Shown: positions 48,646 through 59,637, counted from the stretch's first letter. The stretch is 64,000 bases of DNA from Desulfatiglandales bacterium (GCA_963667015.2 CAXXJJ010000001.1:1440001-1504000); one strand, 5' to 3'. Notes: generated from the sequence alone by a model not told the origin. Program-made: numbers and translations.

Positions 48646-51600
48646 CCATCTCAATATACTCGGGATAGATATAGGTTCGGTTACTATATCCGTCGCTGAA
48701 ATCGGCCCTGAAAAAGAAATCATCAAAACAGCATATCAATTTCATCACGGTAATATCCCGGAAACCCTTACTGAAATATTAAACGCGTTTTCTTCGGAGC
48801 ATATTTCCGGAATAGCTGCCACATCCTCAACCCCGTCGATTATCAGGGCAGTTCGCAGGTATGACAACCGGCTTGCCATTATTGCGGCCGCGCGGTATTT
48901 TCATGAAAAAATCGGCGCCATCCTGGTTGTGGGCGGAGAGACCTTCAGCCTGATAGGCTTTGACAGGGATGGCCACTATCGAAGTTTCAGGACCAATACC
49001 TCCTGCGCGGCAGGTACAGGCAGTTTTCTTGATCAGCAGGCCCGGCGGTTGAACCTGCGTGACACCAGGGAGCTGAGTGACAGGGCCTTCAGTAACAGCA
49101 GCAGCATCCCCGGCATTGCGTCAAGGTGCGCTGTTTTTGCAAAGACCGACCTGGTTCACGCCCAGCAGGAAGGGTACAGCCTGGAACAGATCTGTGACGG
49201 CCTGTGCTATGGCCTGGCGCGTAATATTACAGACACACTTACCATGGACAGGGATCTGCTTGAACCGGTCATTTTTACGGGAGGAGTTTGCAGGAACAGG
49301 GCCGTGTTTAAGCATATAAAATCCATTACCGGTAAGGAGGTTATCCCGGATGAGACAGGGGTTTACGGGGCAATAGGCGCGGCATTTCTCTTGGCTGAGG
49401 AGTGCTGTGGTGATAAAAAGGAATCCTGCACATCGTTGAATGATCTGGTGCACCGGGAGACCTCTCAAAAAAAATATTTCCATGAACCGCTTATGCTGAA
49501 CCTCTCGGAACATCCTGACTTTGACGGTATTGAACATTATGAATATCAGGACAGCAATGCCGCAGATCTCCATTCCGTGGAGGTGGATATCTATAAAACC
49601 CTGACACCCCTGAGTGATATTGAGCTCCTTCTCGGCCTGGATGTGGGATCAACAAGCACCAAGGCGGTTCTCATGGACAGGGCAGGGGAGGTCCTTGCCG
49701 GCTTTTACACGGGCACTGCCGGAAGACCGGTTGCGGCGGTCCAGAGACTGTTTTCATCCATTGCGGACATGTCGGAAAATAAGAAAGCAGTCATCAGGAT
49801 TGCAGGGGCCGCATCAACAGGGGCGGGCAGGAAATTTGCCGGAAAGATCATGGGTGCGGACATTGTCATTGACGAGATTTCCGCGCATGCCCGGGCAGCC
49901 AGGGAGATCGATCCTGATGTGGACACCATCATCGAGATAGGCGGGCAGGACTCGAAATTCACCACCCTGAAAAACGGCATGGTTACATTCTCGATAATGA
50001 ATAACGTATGTGCCGCCGGGACCGGAAGTTTTATCGAGGAGCAGGCCAGGAAGCTCAACTGTCCTTTGTCTGAATATTCAAAAAGGGCTGAAGGGTGCAG
50101 ATCACCCATTGTAAGCGACAGGTGCACCGTGTTTATGGAAAGGGACATGAACCACTACATGTCAGAGGGGTATTCCGTGGACGAGGTGCTCGCCTCCGTG
50201 CTACATGCCATAAGAGAAAACTACCTGACCAAAGTGGCAGTTGAAGGCAGCATTGGAAACAACATATTCTTTCAGGGCGCAACAGCAAAAAACAGGGCGC
50301 TTGTGGCGGCCTTTGAACAGCGGCTTCAAAAACCCATACATGTCTCCAGGTACTGTCACCTGACCGGGGCATGGGGGGCTGCCCTGACCCTCCTGGATGA
50401 GTTTTCAGTGGAGACCGGTTTCAGGGGTATTGACTTATGTGAAAAAAATATAGAAGTGTCCTCCGAAACATGTGATTTTTGCACGAATCACTGCAAGATA
50501 ACCGTGGCAGATGTGGAAGGGGAAAAGGTTGCATATGGATTTCTGTGCGGAAGGGATTATGATACAAAGCAGTACATAGAAAAAAACCTTTCCGGATTCG
50601 ATCTCCTGAAGGAGAGAAAAAAGGTCTTTTCCTTTGATCCGGCCAGGCCCGATTCAGCGGAGATAACGGTCGGCATTCCTGCGGGTCTACATATGTATGA
50701 GGATATGGATTTCTGGAGGTTTTTTTTCAATGAGCTTTCCATCGGTACTGTCACAAGTGAAGGGTGCAAAGACGCACTGAGAGAGGGTAAACATATAGCA
50801 GGTGCCGAATTCTGCGCACCCATGGCAGCCCTCTATGGACATGTCAGTTACCTTATGAAGAGAGCAGACTATGTTTTTCTTCCCTTTTACCTGGATAAAA
50901 AACCTGCTGAAAAAGGGGTAAGGCGCCAGTACTGCTATTATACACAGTTTTCACCCTCTCTGATAACACTGTCAGGAGATGAAAAGTATGCAGCAAAGAT
51001 ACTTACTCCCCTTGTTAATTCAATACACGATTCCCTTTACACGAAGACCCGGCTCCACCTTATGCTTAAATCCATAACAAAACACCCTGTCGGTTTTATC
51101 GAGGTTTCCAGGGCATATGACAGGGCTTCGGAATACAGGAAAGAGTGTATTGCCCGGTGGAAAGAGATATATGAAAAGGAAAACCGAAAGAACGATAAAC
51201 TGGGGATTATGCTGGTTGGAAGACCATACACGGTTCTGTCAAAATTTATGAACAAGGGTATTCCAGGCATATTTGCTTCGCTGGGTATCAGGGTGTTTTT
51301 TCAGGACATGCTGTCTTTTCCGGATAACAACGGGGCATTCATGGAGGGCCTTCTCAGGGAGATACACTGGAATTACGCATCGGAAATACTCAGGGCAGCT
51401 CATGAAATTGCCCGGACCCCGGGGGTGTATCCGGTTTTAATCACATCTTTCAGGTGCTCTCCGGACTCCTTTGCCATAGATTACTTTAAAAAGATAATGG
51501 AGTCCTTTGAAAAACCCTATCTCATCCTGCAGCTGGATGAACATGAATCGAGCGTAGGTTATGAGACACGGATTGAGGCGGCAATCAGGTCCTTTGAAAA

Positions 51601-52831
51601 CCATTTTTCAGGGGAGACCGAAAGGCCGGTTGCCCCGCATACACCGCTACTTTTTTCGGTGAGGGAAAATGGAGTTTTGGGAAAGACACTCGTTATTCCA
51701 TGCTGGGACGATATAACCCTGAAATTTGTGACCGCCAACCTCATGAGAGAGGGGATCGACGCACGTCTGATGACAGGTTCGGAGGCTAATATCCAGAAGG
51801 GCCTGAGGCATAACACCGGGCAATGCATACCAGTAAACATCATTGCCAGGGACTTTATAGATTATGTGACTGCCCATGACCTGGACCCCGGGAAAATTCT
51901 CCTGTGGATGATTTCGTCAAAGATCGCCTGCAATATCGGCCTCTTTCCCCTTCACCTGAAAACCCTTTTTAATTCACATGGAAAGGGCATGGAAAAAGCC
52001 GGTGTGTATGCGGGGAACCTGTCATTCATTGATATCTCTCTCAAGCTCCCTGTAAACAATTACTTTGCCTATATGTTCGGAGGGTTCATCAGGAAAATGG
52101 GCTGCAGGATCAGGCCCTATGAAAAGAACAGTGGCACAACCGACCGTGTGCTGGGTCAGAGCGTTGATATACTGATCGATGCCTTTCTGGGAAACAGGTC
52201 AAAGGAGGCGGCGCTTGCCGAGGTAATTACCCGGTTTGAATCCATTGAGATCACGCGGGAACAAAAACCCAAAGTTGCCATATTCGGCGATCTCTATGCG
52301 CGTGACAACGACCTGATGAACCAGGATCTTATAGGTTATATTGAAGAACATGGCGCCGAAGTGATTGTAACCCCCTACAGCTCCTATGTACAGATGATCG
52401 AAAAGGCCTATATCAAAAAATGGTTCTTTGAGGGCAGGTACCTGGATGTCCTCTCCTCAAAGGCATTGATGTCCGTGGTAAGGCGAATGGAGAAGGTCTA
52501 TTACAGATATTTCGGAAAGATACTTGACGATCCCGCACCACAATATGATGACAGCCCTGAAAAGATACTGAAGGATTATAATCTCAGGGTTGAGCACACA
52601 GGGGAGTCAATGGACAATCTGCTGAAGATACACTATTTAAAGAAACACTACCCGGATGTTTCATTGTTTGTCCAGGCAAGCCCGGCATTCTGCTGCCCTT
52701 CTCTCGTCACCGAGGCCATGGCAAAGGCCATCGAGAAAAAGACCGGTGTTCCCATCGTGTCCATAACCTATGACGGGACACACACAAACAGGAACGAAGC
52801 TATTCTTCCTTACCTGTCCTTCCTGCATTAG
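48638..52831 (+). CDS. Acyl-CoA dehydratase activase-related multidomain protein
   Basis: Two ASKHA modules (GIDIGS/CAAGTGSF; GLDVGSTSTK/EIGGQDSK/CAAGTGSF) plus dehydratase-like C-terminal domains; start reassigned to ATG 48638. Confidence 0.9.
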   Translation: MSDHLNILGIDIGSVTISVAEIGPEKEIIKTAYQFHHGNIPETLTEILNAFSSEHISGIAATSSTPSIIRAVRRYDNRLAIIAAARYFHEKIGAILVVGGETFSLIGFDRDGHYRSFRTNTSCAAGTGSFLDQQARRLNLRDTRELSDRAFSNSSSIPGIASRCAVFAKTDLVHAQQEGYSLEQICDGLCYGLARNITDTLTMDRDLLEPVIFTGGVCRNRAVFKHIKSITGKEVIPDETGVYGAIGAAFLLAEECCGDKKESCTSLNDLVHRETSQKKYFHEPLMLNLSEHPDFDGIEHYEYQDSNAADLHSVEVDIYKTLTPLSDIELLLGLDVGSTSTKAVLMDRAGEVLAGFYTGTAGRPVAAVQRLFSSIADMSENKKAVIRIAGAASTGAGRKFAGKIMGADIVIDEISAHARAAREIDPDVDTIIEIGGQDSKFTTLKNGMVTFSIMNNVCAAGTGSFIEEQARKLNCPLSEYSKRAEGCRSPIVSDRCTVFMERDMNHYMSEGYSVDEVLASVLHAIRENYLTKVAVEGSIGNNIFFQGATAKNRALVAAFEQRLQKPIHVSRYCHLTGAWGAALTLLDEFSVETGFRGIDLCEKNIEVSSETCDFCTNHCKITVADVEGEKVAYGFLCGRDYDTKQYIEKNLSGFDLLKERKKVFSFDPARPDSAEITVGIPAGLHMYEDMDFWRFFFNELSIGTVTSEGCKDALREGKHIAGAEFCAPMAALYGHVSYLMKRADYVFLPFYLDKKPAEKGVRRQYCYYTQFSPSLITLSGDEKYAAKILTPLVNSIHDSLYTKTRLHLMLKSITKHPVGFIEVSRAYDRASEYRKECIARWKEIYEKENRKNDKLGIMLVGRPYTVLSKFMNKGIPGIFASLGIRVFFQDMLSFPDNNGAFMEGLLREIHWNYASEILRAAHEIARTPGVYPVLITSFRCSPDSFAIDYFKKIMESFEKPYLILQLDEHESSVGYETRIEAAIRSFENHFSGETERPVAPHTPLLFSVRENGVLGKTLVIPCWDDITLKFVTANLMREGIDARLMTGSEANIQKGLRHNTGQCIPVNIIARDFIDYVTAHDLDPGKILLWMISSKIACNIGLFPLHLKTLFNSHGKGMEKAGVYAGNLSFIDISLKLPVNNYFAYMFGGFIRKMGCRIRPYEKNSGTTDRVLGQSVDILIDAFLGNRSKEAALAEVITRFESIEITREQKPKVAIFGDLYARDNDLMNQDLIGYIEEHGAEVIVTPYSSYVQMIEKAYIKKWFFEGRYLDVLSSKALMSVVRRMEKVYYRYFGKILDDPAPQYDDSPEKILKDYNLRVEHTGESMDNLLKIHYLKKHYPDVSLFVQASPAFCCPSLVTEAMAKAIEKKTGVPIVSITYDGTHTNRNEAILPYLSFLH

Positions 52832-53298
52832 CCTTTTATTTTGCTTAATATAAGGGACTTGACAGATCCGACACGTTTTCTGTTTACTCCCAGGTCACTG
52901 CGTCCGACCCGTGATGCCGATCTGAAATGTATTTCATTTTCTTTGTGATCAATCCTTACTTCCAGGTCATCCACAAAGCCAAAAACAGATGACGAATAAG
53001 CGGCAGCAAGGTAATCCCTGCTCTCTGCCTCTATTGTTCCGCCTGTTTCATGAATCGAATTTAAAATAATATTCAGTGTGTCCGAAGTGATGTGAGGAAT
53101 TATCAGTGGCTCAATATAATGATCTGTATCCTCTTTATATTCGCTGCATACACAGTTTGGTTTTTCCGGACACTCAGACAGCCTGCCTTCTGATATTCCT
53201 GACGGCTCGCCTGAACGCGAATGGTAACCCAGAACGATAAATGCGATAATAAATAAAATGATCAGGAAAAGTAATATTATTAAAATATTTTTTACCAT
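52828..53298 (-). CDS. DUF1499-family protein
   Basis: CPEKPNCV, FGFVDDLE, RSASRVGRSDLGVNRKR. Confidence 0.88.
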   Translation of the reverse strand: MVKNILIILLFLIILFIIAFIVLGYHSRSGEPSGISEGRLSECPEKPNCVCSEYKEDTDHYIEPLIIPHITSDTLNIILNSIHETGGTIEAESRDYLAAAYSSSVFGFVDDLEVRIDHKENEIHFRSASRVGRSDLGVNRKRVGSVKSLILSKIKG

Positions 53299-53404
53299 TT
53301 GCTGTAATTATCAAGCCTTTCACTCGAACCATTTGATCCCAGGGACCCCTGAGCCCTGATCATTGATCAACTGAAGATGAGCAGTTATTTATTTATACCC
53401 GTGC

Positions 53405-53776
53405 CTATATCCCTATAACATTCACCTTCTTTTCATGCGCCTCCGCTGTCGAAGACATGCGAACATTCCCTTCTAAAATGCCACCTTCCTGCAGTGACAA
53501 AACTGGAGTCTGTATATTTCCAAAAATCTTTCCTGATGGGTGTATATCAATCTTGTGATCGGCAATAATATTGCCTCGTATCTCACCGCTGATAAAAATA
53601 TGGGAGATATGTATATCTGCATCGATCATTCCAAACTCGCCTACTATTAAATTACCTTCAGCAGATGTTATTTCTCCCTTGAAATGTCCGTCTATTCTGA
53701 CTGTTCCATTAAAATTCAGTTTTCCCTCGAACGCGGTGTCCTTACCTAAAAAGGCGTTGATAGTTTGATCTTTCAT
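53405..53776 (-). CDS. Bactofilin
   Basis: FEGKLNF.GTVRIDG.FKGEI beta-helix repeats; GGAGA RBS. Confidence 0.9.
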   Translation of the reverse strand: MKDQTINAFLGKDTAFEGKLNFNGTVRIDGHFKGEITSAEGNLIVGEFGMIDADIHISHIFISGEIRGNIIADHKIDIHPSGKIFGNIQTPVLSLQEGGILEGNVRMSSTAEAHEKKVNVIGI

Positions 53777-54074
53777 GGCGGAGTTCTCCATTAACCTAAA
53801 TGATTAAAACACACAGAATCAAAGGAAATCTGATATCTGTTAAAAAAAATTGATTATATTATAGTTTGAGATGGAAAAATACCAAATTATGGAGTATGAG
53901 CAAAAGAAGGATACACTGCAAGGTTATTAAGGTCTGATCGCAACCTGACAGATTTATTTTGTTTATTGTTACTTATCACAGTTAATTTATACTGTTCTTT
54001 CAGGAACCGGAAACCGATACCGGCTGTTTATTATTAATGCAGGAACCATACAATCTGAAAAGGGACTGACACCT

Positions 54075-54357
54075 ATTACCGATTATACCATCGAGTTTCA
54101 ACCGCATAATATCAAAATAAAAGTCCCTGCCGGCATGACCCTTTTAAAGGCGGCAAGACCCGGATAATAAATGTCCAGGCCGGCGATAGAAAACTTTATG
54201 CTGGACCCGGTGACCCTTGAGCCCATGATTATCACCATTGGAAACGTCAGGCCCAAAGGCGCTATTTTCAGCGGCTGCCCTTTTTCTTCCGCACACGGAC
54301 ATGAAACTTTTTCCAAGGCTTGATGAGCGTCTTAAGTCAATCGAAAAAACCTGCTGA
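54075..54357 (+). pseudogene. Collapsed remnant of an ASKHA/DUF4445 corrinoid-activator (RACo-like) gene
   Basis: Three fragments: YTIEFQPHNIKIKVPAGMTLLKAAR; AIENFMLDPVTLEPMIITIGNVRPKG; AAALFLPHTDMKLFP. Confidence 0.7.
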
Positions 54358-54373
54358 TATATTTTGCAGATAT

Positions 54374-54411
54374 CCTGCCTCCGGCATCCCTTCTCTCTTT
54401 CCGGAGGCAGG
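54374..54411. terminator. Hairpin terminator between convergent units
   Basis: CCTGCCTCCGG/CCGGAGGCAGG. Confidence 0.7.
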
Positions 54412-54413
54412 TT

Positions 54414-54734
54414 TTACTCCTCTTTTAAACCTTCATTGTACCCCTTTTGAAATTCGGATTTAAATATGGAAAGGCCGTCCTTGAGAAATTCCCAGGAGCT
54501 TTCAAGGTCAAATTTAAGGTCCTCCCATGCATCATCACCCGCCTTCTGCATTGCATCTATCCTGTCTTCAAGATCATCGCGTTTTGCCCTGAGTTCATCC
54601 AGTTTTTTATGATACTCAACCTTGGCATCAGGTCCCGACTTATCCTCCCTGGCAGTCAGTCTCTCTATCTCGGCATTCCAATCATCAAGCATGGCTTTCA
54701 GTCTTTGTATATACGCATCTCTTCTTTCGCTCAT
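54414..54734 (-). CDS. Small coiled-coil protein
   Basis: AYIQRLKAMLDDWNAEI..AWEDLK; AGGAG RBS. Confidence 0.8.
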   Translation of the reverse strand: MSERRDAYIQRLKAMLDDWNAEIERLTAREDKSGPDAKVEYHKKLDELRAKRDDLEDRIDAMQKAGDDAWEDLKFDLESSWEFLKDGLSIFKSEFQKGYNEGLKEE

Positions 54735-55014
54735 AATGCTTCGCTCCTGTTCGTTAATAGATCATTATAAATGCTGTTATCATTAAAGAGGATATAACCT
54801 GTAATTACAAGGTTTATCTGTAAGACCTGAAAACAGGATTTTTTCCTCCGGTCGAAATGACAAAAATTATCATTCACCAATTACGACACAACCTGAAAGG
54901 CAGGCATCAATTGTTTTTGTTTTAAAGAAATTTAATAAATCAGGTAATTCATACCCGGATGTGTTATATTTAAAATGTCAAAGCTCAAAAATAACTGAAA
55001 GAGTAACCTTGCAG

Positions 55015-56565
55015 ATGAATAAAGAAAGAAGCACAAACATAATATCCGAACAGGGTAATGAGACTCAAAAAAATACCAAAAGCAATCTGCAGGTCTTTCT
55101 GGATATTTTTGACAACATCCTGGGTTCGGTTCGTGAACCGCTGGTGGTGCTCGATTCCGGTTTAAAGGTCATCAAGGCCAATGATTCATTTTACCGGACC
55201 TTCAAGGTTAACCGGGAAGAAACAGAGGGATCAATAATATATGATCTTGGCAACCGGCAGTGGGATATTCCCCGGCTTAGAGAACTGCTTGAAGATATCC
55301 TTCCCCATAATTCCACGTTCCACGACTTTGAAGTGGAACACAATTTTGAGACCATTGGTCATAAAATTATGCATCTTAACGCCAGACGTATATACAGGGA
55401 ATTTAACAATTCGCGGTTGATTATGCTGGCTATAGAGGATGTTACTGAGCGTGAATATAATAAAAGACATCTTGATGACCTTGTTGAGGGACGAACAGCC
55501 GAAATAAAAGAAGCAAGGGAAGCCGCAGTGAAAGATAAACAAATTGCCGAAGCGGCTCTTATCGAAATAAAAAAACTGAAAGATCAGCTTGAGGCCGAGA
55601 GGGCATATCTTCAGGAAGAAATCAAACTGGAATACAATCATGAGAACATTATCGGCAAAAGTGACGGTCTGAAATATGTTCTCTATAAGATTGAGCAGAT
55701 TGCCGGTACGGATGCAAACGTGCTGGTGCTTGGTGAGACCGGTACAGGGAAAGAGCTTGTTGCCAGGGCCATTCATGGATTAAGTCAGCATAAAAAGCGG
55801 GCACTGGTAAAGGTAAACTGCGCCACGCTGCCTTCAAACCTTATCGAAAGTGAATTGTTCGGTCATGAAAAAGGAGCATTCACAGGCGCCAATTCAAGGC
55901 ATTCAGGGCGGTTTGAGGTTGCCAACGGGACCACGCTTTTTCTGGATGAGATTGGCGAGCTGCCGCTTGAGCTTCAGCCCAAGCTGCTCAGGGTTATCCA
56001 GGACGGGGAATTTGAAAGGCTGGGCAGTTCTCACACAATCAGGGTCAATGTGAGGATTATAGCCGCAACAAACCGCAATCTGGAAGAGGAGGTCAGCAAA
56101 GGCAGGTTTCGGGAAGACCTGTGGTATCGACTGAACGTCTTCCCCATTACCATGCCTCCCTTAAGGGACCGTCTGAACGACATCCCTCTGCTTGTGGATT
56201 TTTATGTCGAAAAGATCTCCAAACGAATGGGAAAGCATATTGAACTTATCCCGAAAAATGTAATGGATGCCTTACAGAGCTATCACTGGCCCGGCAATAT
56301 CCGGGAACTTGAAAATGTGCTTGAACGGGCAGTAATCAATTCTTCAGGACCCAAGCTGCGTCTGGCCGATGAACTGAAAAAAACTGAAAAGGTTTTGTCT
56401 TATTCAAAAAAAACGCTCGAAACCGTGGAGAGAGATTATATCATGCGTGTCCTTGAACAGACAGGGTGGAAAGTCAGCGGTAAAAACGGCGCAGCCGAGA
56501 TTCTGGGTCTCAACCGAAGTACCCTGCGTGCCCGTATGCGAAAACTCGGCGTCTCAAAACCATAG
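55015..56565 (+). CDS. PAS-domain sigma54-dependent activator
   Basis: GETGTGKE, ESELFGHEKGAFTGA, WPGNIRELEN, Fis HTH. Confidence 0.95.
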   Translation: MNKERSTNIISEQGNETQKNTKSNLQVFLDIFDNILGSVREPLVVLDSGLKVIKANDSFYRTFKVNREETEGSIIYDLGNRQWDIPRLRELLEDILPHNSTFHDFEVEHNFETIGHKIMHLNARRIYREFNNSRLIMLAIEDVTEREYNKRHLDDLVEGRTAEIKEAREAAVKDKQIAEAALIEIKKLKDQLEAERAYLQEEIKLEYNHENIIGKSDGLKYVLYKIEQIAGTDANVLVLGETGTGKELVARAIHGLSQHKKRALVKVNCATLPSNLIESELFGHEKGAFTGANSRHSGRFEVANGTTLFLDEIGELPLELQPKLLRVIQDGEFERLGSSHTIRVNVRIIAATNRNLEEEVSKGRFREDLWYRLNVFPITMPPLRDRLNDIPLLVDFYVEKISKRMGKHIELIPKNVMDALQSYHWPGNIRELENVLERAVINSSGPKLRLADELKKTEKVLSYSKKTLETVERDYIMRVLEQTGWKVSGKNGAAEILGLNRSTLRARMRKLGVSKP

Positions 56566-56646
56566 AGTCTTGCTTTTCCCAAATCCAGTGAGTTTGTGTC
56601 TGGAAATAAGTTGTGGATGGGCATTGCCTGTAGAACCCCGGAAAAG

Positions 56647-56793
56647 TGGTCATATATAACCCCCTGTGATATGTGACCATTATCCAGCATCAGACCCGCT
56701 TCCTCCATCAACCTCCTTCTTTTGATATTCATATTAAATTCAGCATATTGCGTCTATCAATGCCTGTTAAACTCATCCGGCACAAAGATTGAA
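56647..56793 (+). promoter_or_regulatory. Putative enhancer and sigma54 promoter
   Basis: TGGTCATATAT/ATATGTGACCA dyad at 56647-56679; CGGCAC-N5-TTGAA at 56778-56793. Confidence 0.55.
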
Positions 56794-56856
56794 GGTATAT
56801 ATGTACCTAATTGTGCATATGAAATTATCTGTAATAGTTTACAACAGGAAAACCTC

Positions 56857-57294
56857 ATGGCAGACCTTGAAGAATTCAAAGAATTGTTTGAAAAAAAAAG
56901 ACTGGATAACGACCTGGATCTGGTTATTTATCTCTTTTACAAACGTATTGCCGGAGACAGGTGTCAGGTCACATTTGAAGCGGAAATAGACGTTGAAATA
57001 AAAGAGGATTACTTCAAAAACCAGGTATTAAATAATACGGATATCAATAGTGTAAGATCTCTCCTTGGTGAGAATACATCCTATAAATACCGAAAAACCA
57101 GGAATTTTATTGCCGTGAATGAAAAAGAAAAAGTATTTGATGACCTGAAACAGCAGTTTCTGGATAGTGGCCTGGGTTATATCTCATCCCCTGCTTTTCC
57201 TGTAAAGCTGATAAAAAGAAATTACATCCTGGCACAAAGAGATGAGACGAACAGATTAAATAAAGAGGAATACTTTAAACATATTAATAGATAG
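56857..57294 (+). CDS. Hypothetical protein
   Basis: AGGA RBS before ATG 56857; protein-like composition. Confidence 0.7.
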   Translation: MADLEEFKELFEKKRLDNDLDLVIYLFYKRIAGDRCQVTFEAEIDVEIKEDYFKNQVLNNTDINSVRSLLGENTSYKYRKTRNFIAVNEKEKVFDDLKQQFLDSGLGYISSPAFPVKLIKRNYILAQRDETNRLNKEEYFKHINR

Positions 57295-57312
57295 GAAAAG
57301 GAGGTTGCAGTT

Positions 57313-57558
57313 ATGCTGGATATTGAAATGAAGGATTTAATCGCTACTGTTGCAAGGATGCTTGTGGACGAACCGGAACGGGTCATTACTACAGAGATAA
57401 AAGGACAACAGTCCTCTGTGATTGAACTGAAAGTGGCCAGTGAGGATGTGGGGAAAATAATAGGGAGGCAGGGGCGAACTGCACAGGCCTTGAGATGCAT
57501 CCTTATGGCAGCTTCAGCCAAACTGAAAAAGAGATGCACCCTAGAGATATTGGAATAA
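57313..57558 (+). CDS. KH-domain RNA-binding protein (KhpA-like)
   Basis: LVDEPE, DVGKIIGRQGRTAQALR; start may be ATG 57328. Confidence 0.9.
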   Translation: MLDIEMKDLIATVARMLVDEPERVITTEIKGQQSSVIELKVASEDVGKIIGRQGRTAQALRCILMAASAKLKKRCTLEILE

Positions 57559-57868
57559 TATTTTTTATCAGGGTTGTAAAATCTGGTTTTACAACTTATA
57601 TTATCAATTAACAGTTCTGCAAATAGGGATAATAAACCTGTCTATGCTATTATTTCTTATATGTTCTCTTCTGTTTTTATACTTTTAACTCCATCAAGCT
57701 CCATTTTCATACAGTACAGGGGTTAAGCTTATGACGGATAAAAAAATCAGTGTAAGGCAGGAACGTATCTTTTTATAAAACGGCAAAAAAGTATCTTAAC
57801 ACATTAAAATTCCCGAATTGCTGTCACAGGCGCTTCATTATGCGTATCTAAAACCCTGAAGGAAATCA

Positions 57869-59206
57869 GTGTCTAAAAATAATAAGACAGATGACGATAA
57901 GGACCTCCGGCAAAAGGCTGAAAATCTGCTGGAGTCGACCCACGATAGTGATGAAGGCATGGCAGACGTGGCGACCCAGGACAATGCCGGGCTGATTCTT
58001 GAACTTCGCGTCCACCAGATCGAACTTACTATGCAAAATGAGGAATTAAGGAACATTCAACTTGAGCTGGAAAAGTCCAGGAACCGGTACATGCATCTGT
58101 ATGACTTTGCTCCGTCCGCATATTTTACTGTGGATAGCAAAGGTATGGTTATTGAAGCCAATCAAAAAGCAGCCGACCTGCTTGGGGTATGTCGACAGGA
58201 TCTGGTAGGGCAGATGTTCACCCGGTTTATCCGGCGTGAAGATCAGGATACATGGTATCTCCATCGAAGGCGTATCCTTGAATCCAGGGATTTTCAGGCA
58301 TTCCAGTTGAAGATGGTAAAAAACGACGGGCACACGATTTATGCCGCCATTCAATGCATACTGGTCAAAGACGATGACGGCGATCCCGGGTATATCAGGA
58401 TCACAGCCCTGGACATCTCCGATAGAAAACAGATGGAAGAAGGGCTGCAAAAGGCCCATGATGAACTCGAACTGCGTGTCCGTGATCGAACGGAAGAGCT
58501 GGAGATCAGGAATCAGGAACTTCAGGACTTCAGCTTTATTGCATCCCATGACCTCCAGGAGCCCTTAAGAAAGGTCAGGACATTCGGAGATATGTTAGCT
58601 GCCCGGTCCGGGGATGCCCTGGATAACATATCTAAAGACTATATTAAGCGTATGCAGGATGCCCTTGAAAACATGCAGAATCTCCTGGATTCGCTTCTCG
58701 TCTATTCACGCGTTATTGTCGGAAGCGAGCCGGGAGAGAAGACAGATCTTGCAAAATCAGTTGAATCGGCTCTGTCCAACCTGGAGCTTTTAATTGCCGA
58801 AAATAATGCGCGCATTGAAATCAGAGAACTCCCTGCAGTGGATGCCGACGGGCAACTGATGATTCAGGTTTTCCAGAATCTGATCGGGAATGCGGTGAAA
58901 TTCAAAAAGGAAGGTGAAATACCCAGGGTCAAAATCTATTCCAAAAAAGCAAAAAACGCGGACGGTTTTTATAGTGTTTATGTAGAAGACAATGGAAAAG
59001 GGTTTGAAGAAAGATATCTGGACAAGATATTCCTGCCATTTCAGAAGCTTGACAGCCGGAGCATTGGTTATCCGGGCGTAGGAATGGGGCTTGCAATATG
59101 TAAAAAGATCATAACCCGGCACGGTGGAAAGATCACTGCAACAAGTGAAAAAGGAAAAGGCTCCACCTTTATGTTTACACTGCCTGAAGTGAGGAAAAGA
59201 AGATAG
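57869..59206 (+). CDS. PAS sensor histidine kinase
   Basis: ASHDLQEPLRK, NAVKF, GVGMGL. Confidence 0.93.
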   Translation: MSKNNKTDDDKDLRQKAENLLESTHDSDEGMADVATQDNAGLILELRVHQIELTMQNEELRNIQLELEKSRNRYMHLYDFAPSAYFTVDSKGMVIEANQKAADLLGVCRQDLVGQMFTRFIRREDQDTWYLHRRRILESRDFQAFQLKMVKNDGHTIYAAIQCILVKDDDGDPGYIRITALDISDRKQMEEGLQKAHDELELRVRDRTEELEIRNQELQDFSFIASHDLQEPLRKVRTFGDMLAARSGDALDNISKDYIKRMQDALENMQNLLDSLLVYSRVIVGSEPGEKTDLAKSVESALSNLELLIAENNARIEIRELPAVDADGQLMIQVFQNLIGNAVKFKKEGEIPRVKIYSKKAKNADGFYSVYVEDNGKGFEERYLDKIFLPFQKLDSRSIGYPGVGMGLAICKKIITRHGGKITATSEKGKGSTFMFTLPEVRKRR

Positions 59207-59637
59207 TGGCGGAAAAAAAGAGGTGCTGCACAATTGTTATGGCTGAGGATGATCCGGATGACAGACTTATCGTTGAGCAGGCATTTCTGGAGATCGGGGG
59301 GAAATGGGATTTGCATTTTGTTGAAGACGGAGAAGAATTGATGCACTATTTGCATCGAACCGGGAATTATTCAGATTCTTTGATTGCTCCGGTGCCGGAG
59401 TTGATCCTGCTTGATCTGAACATGCCCAGGAAGGACGGCCGACAGGCCATGGTAGAGATTAAGGCAGATCCTGATTTAAGCGAAATTCCGGTAGTGATCT
59501 GGACAACCTCGAAAGAATTGATAGACAAGGTTCAATGTGCGGAAGCCGGAGCTGAGTGCTATGTAACTAAACCGGTACGCTATTCCGGGCTGGTCGATAT
59601 CCTCCGGGAACTGGTCAGCAGATACTGTACTGGATAA
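59206..59637 (+). CDS. Single-domain response regulator (Rcp1-like)
   Basis: AEDD, LLDLNMPRKDG, TKP. Confidence 0.93.
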   Translation: MAEKKRCCTIVMAEDDPDDRLIVEQAFLEIGGKWDLHFVEDGEELMHYLHRTGNYSDSLIAPVPELILLDLNMPRKDGRQAMVEIKADPDLSEIPVVIWTTSKELIDKVQCAEAGAECYVTKPVRYSGLVDILRELVSRYCTG

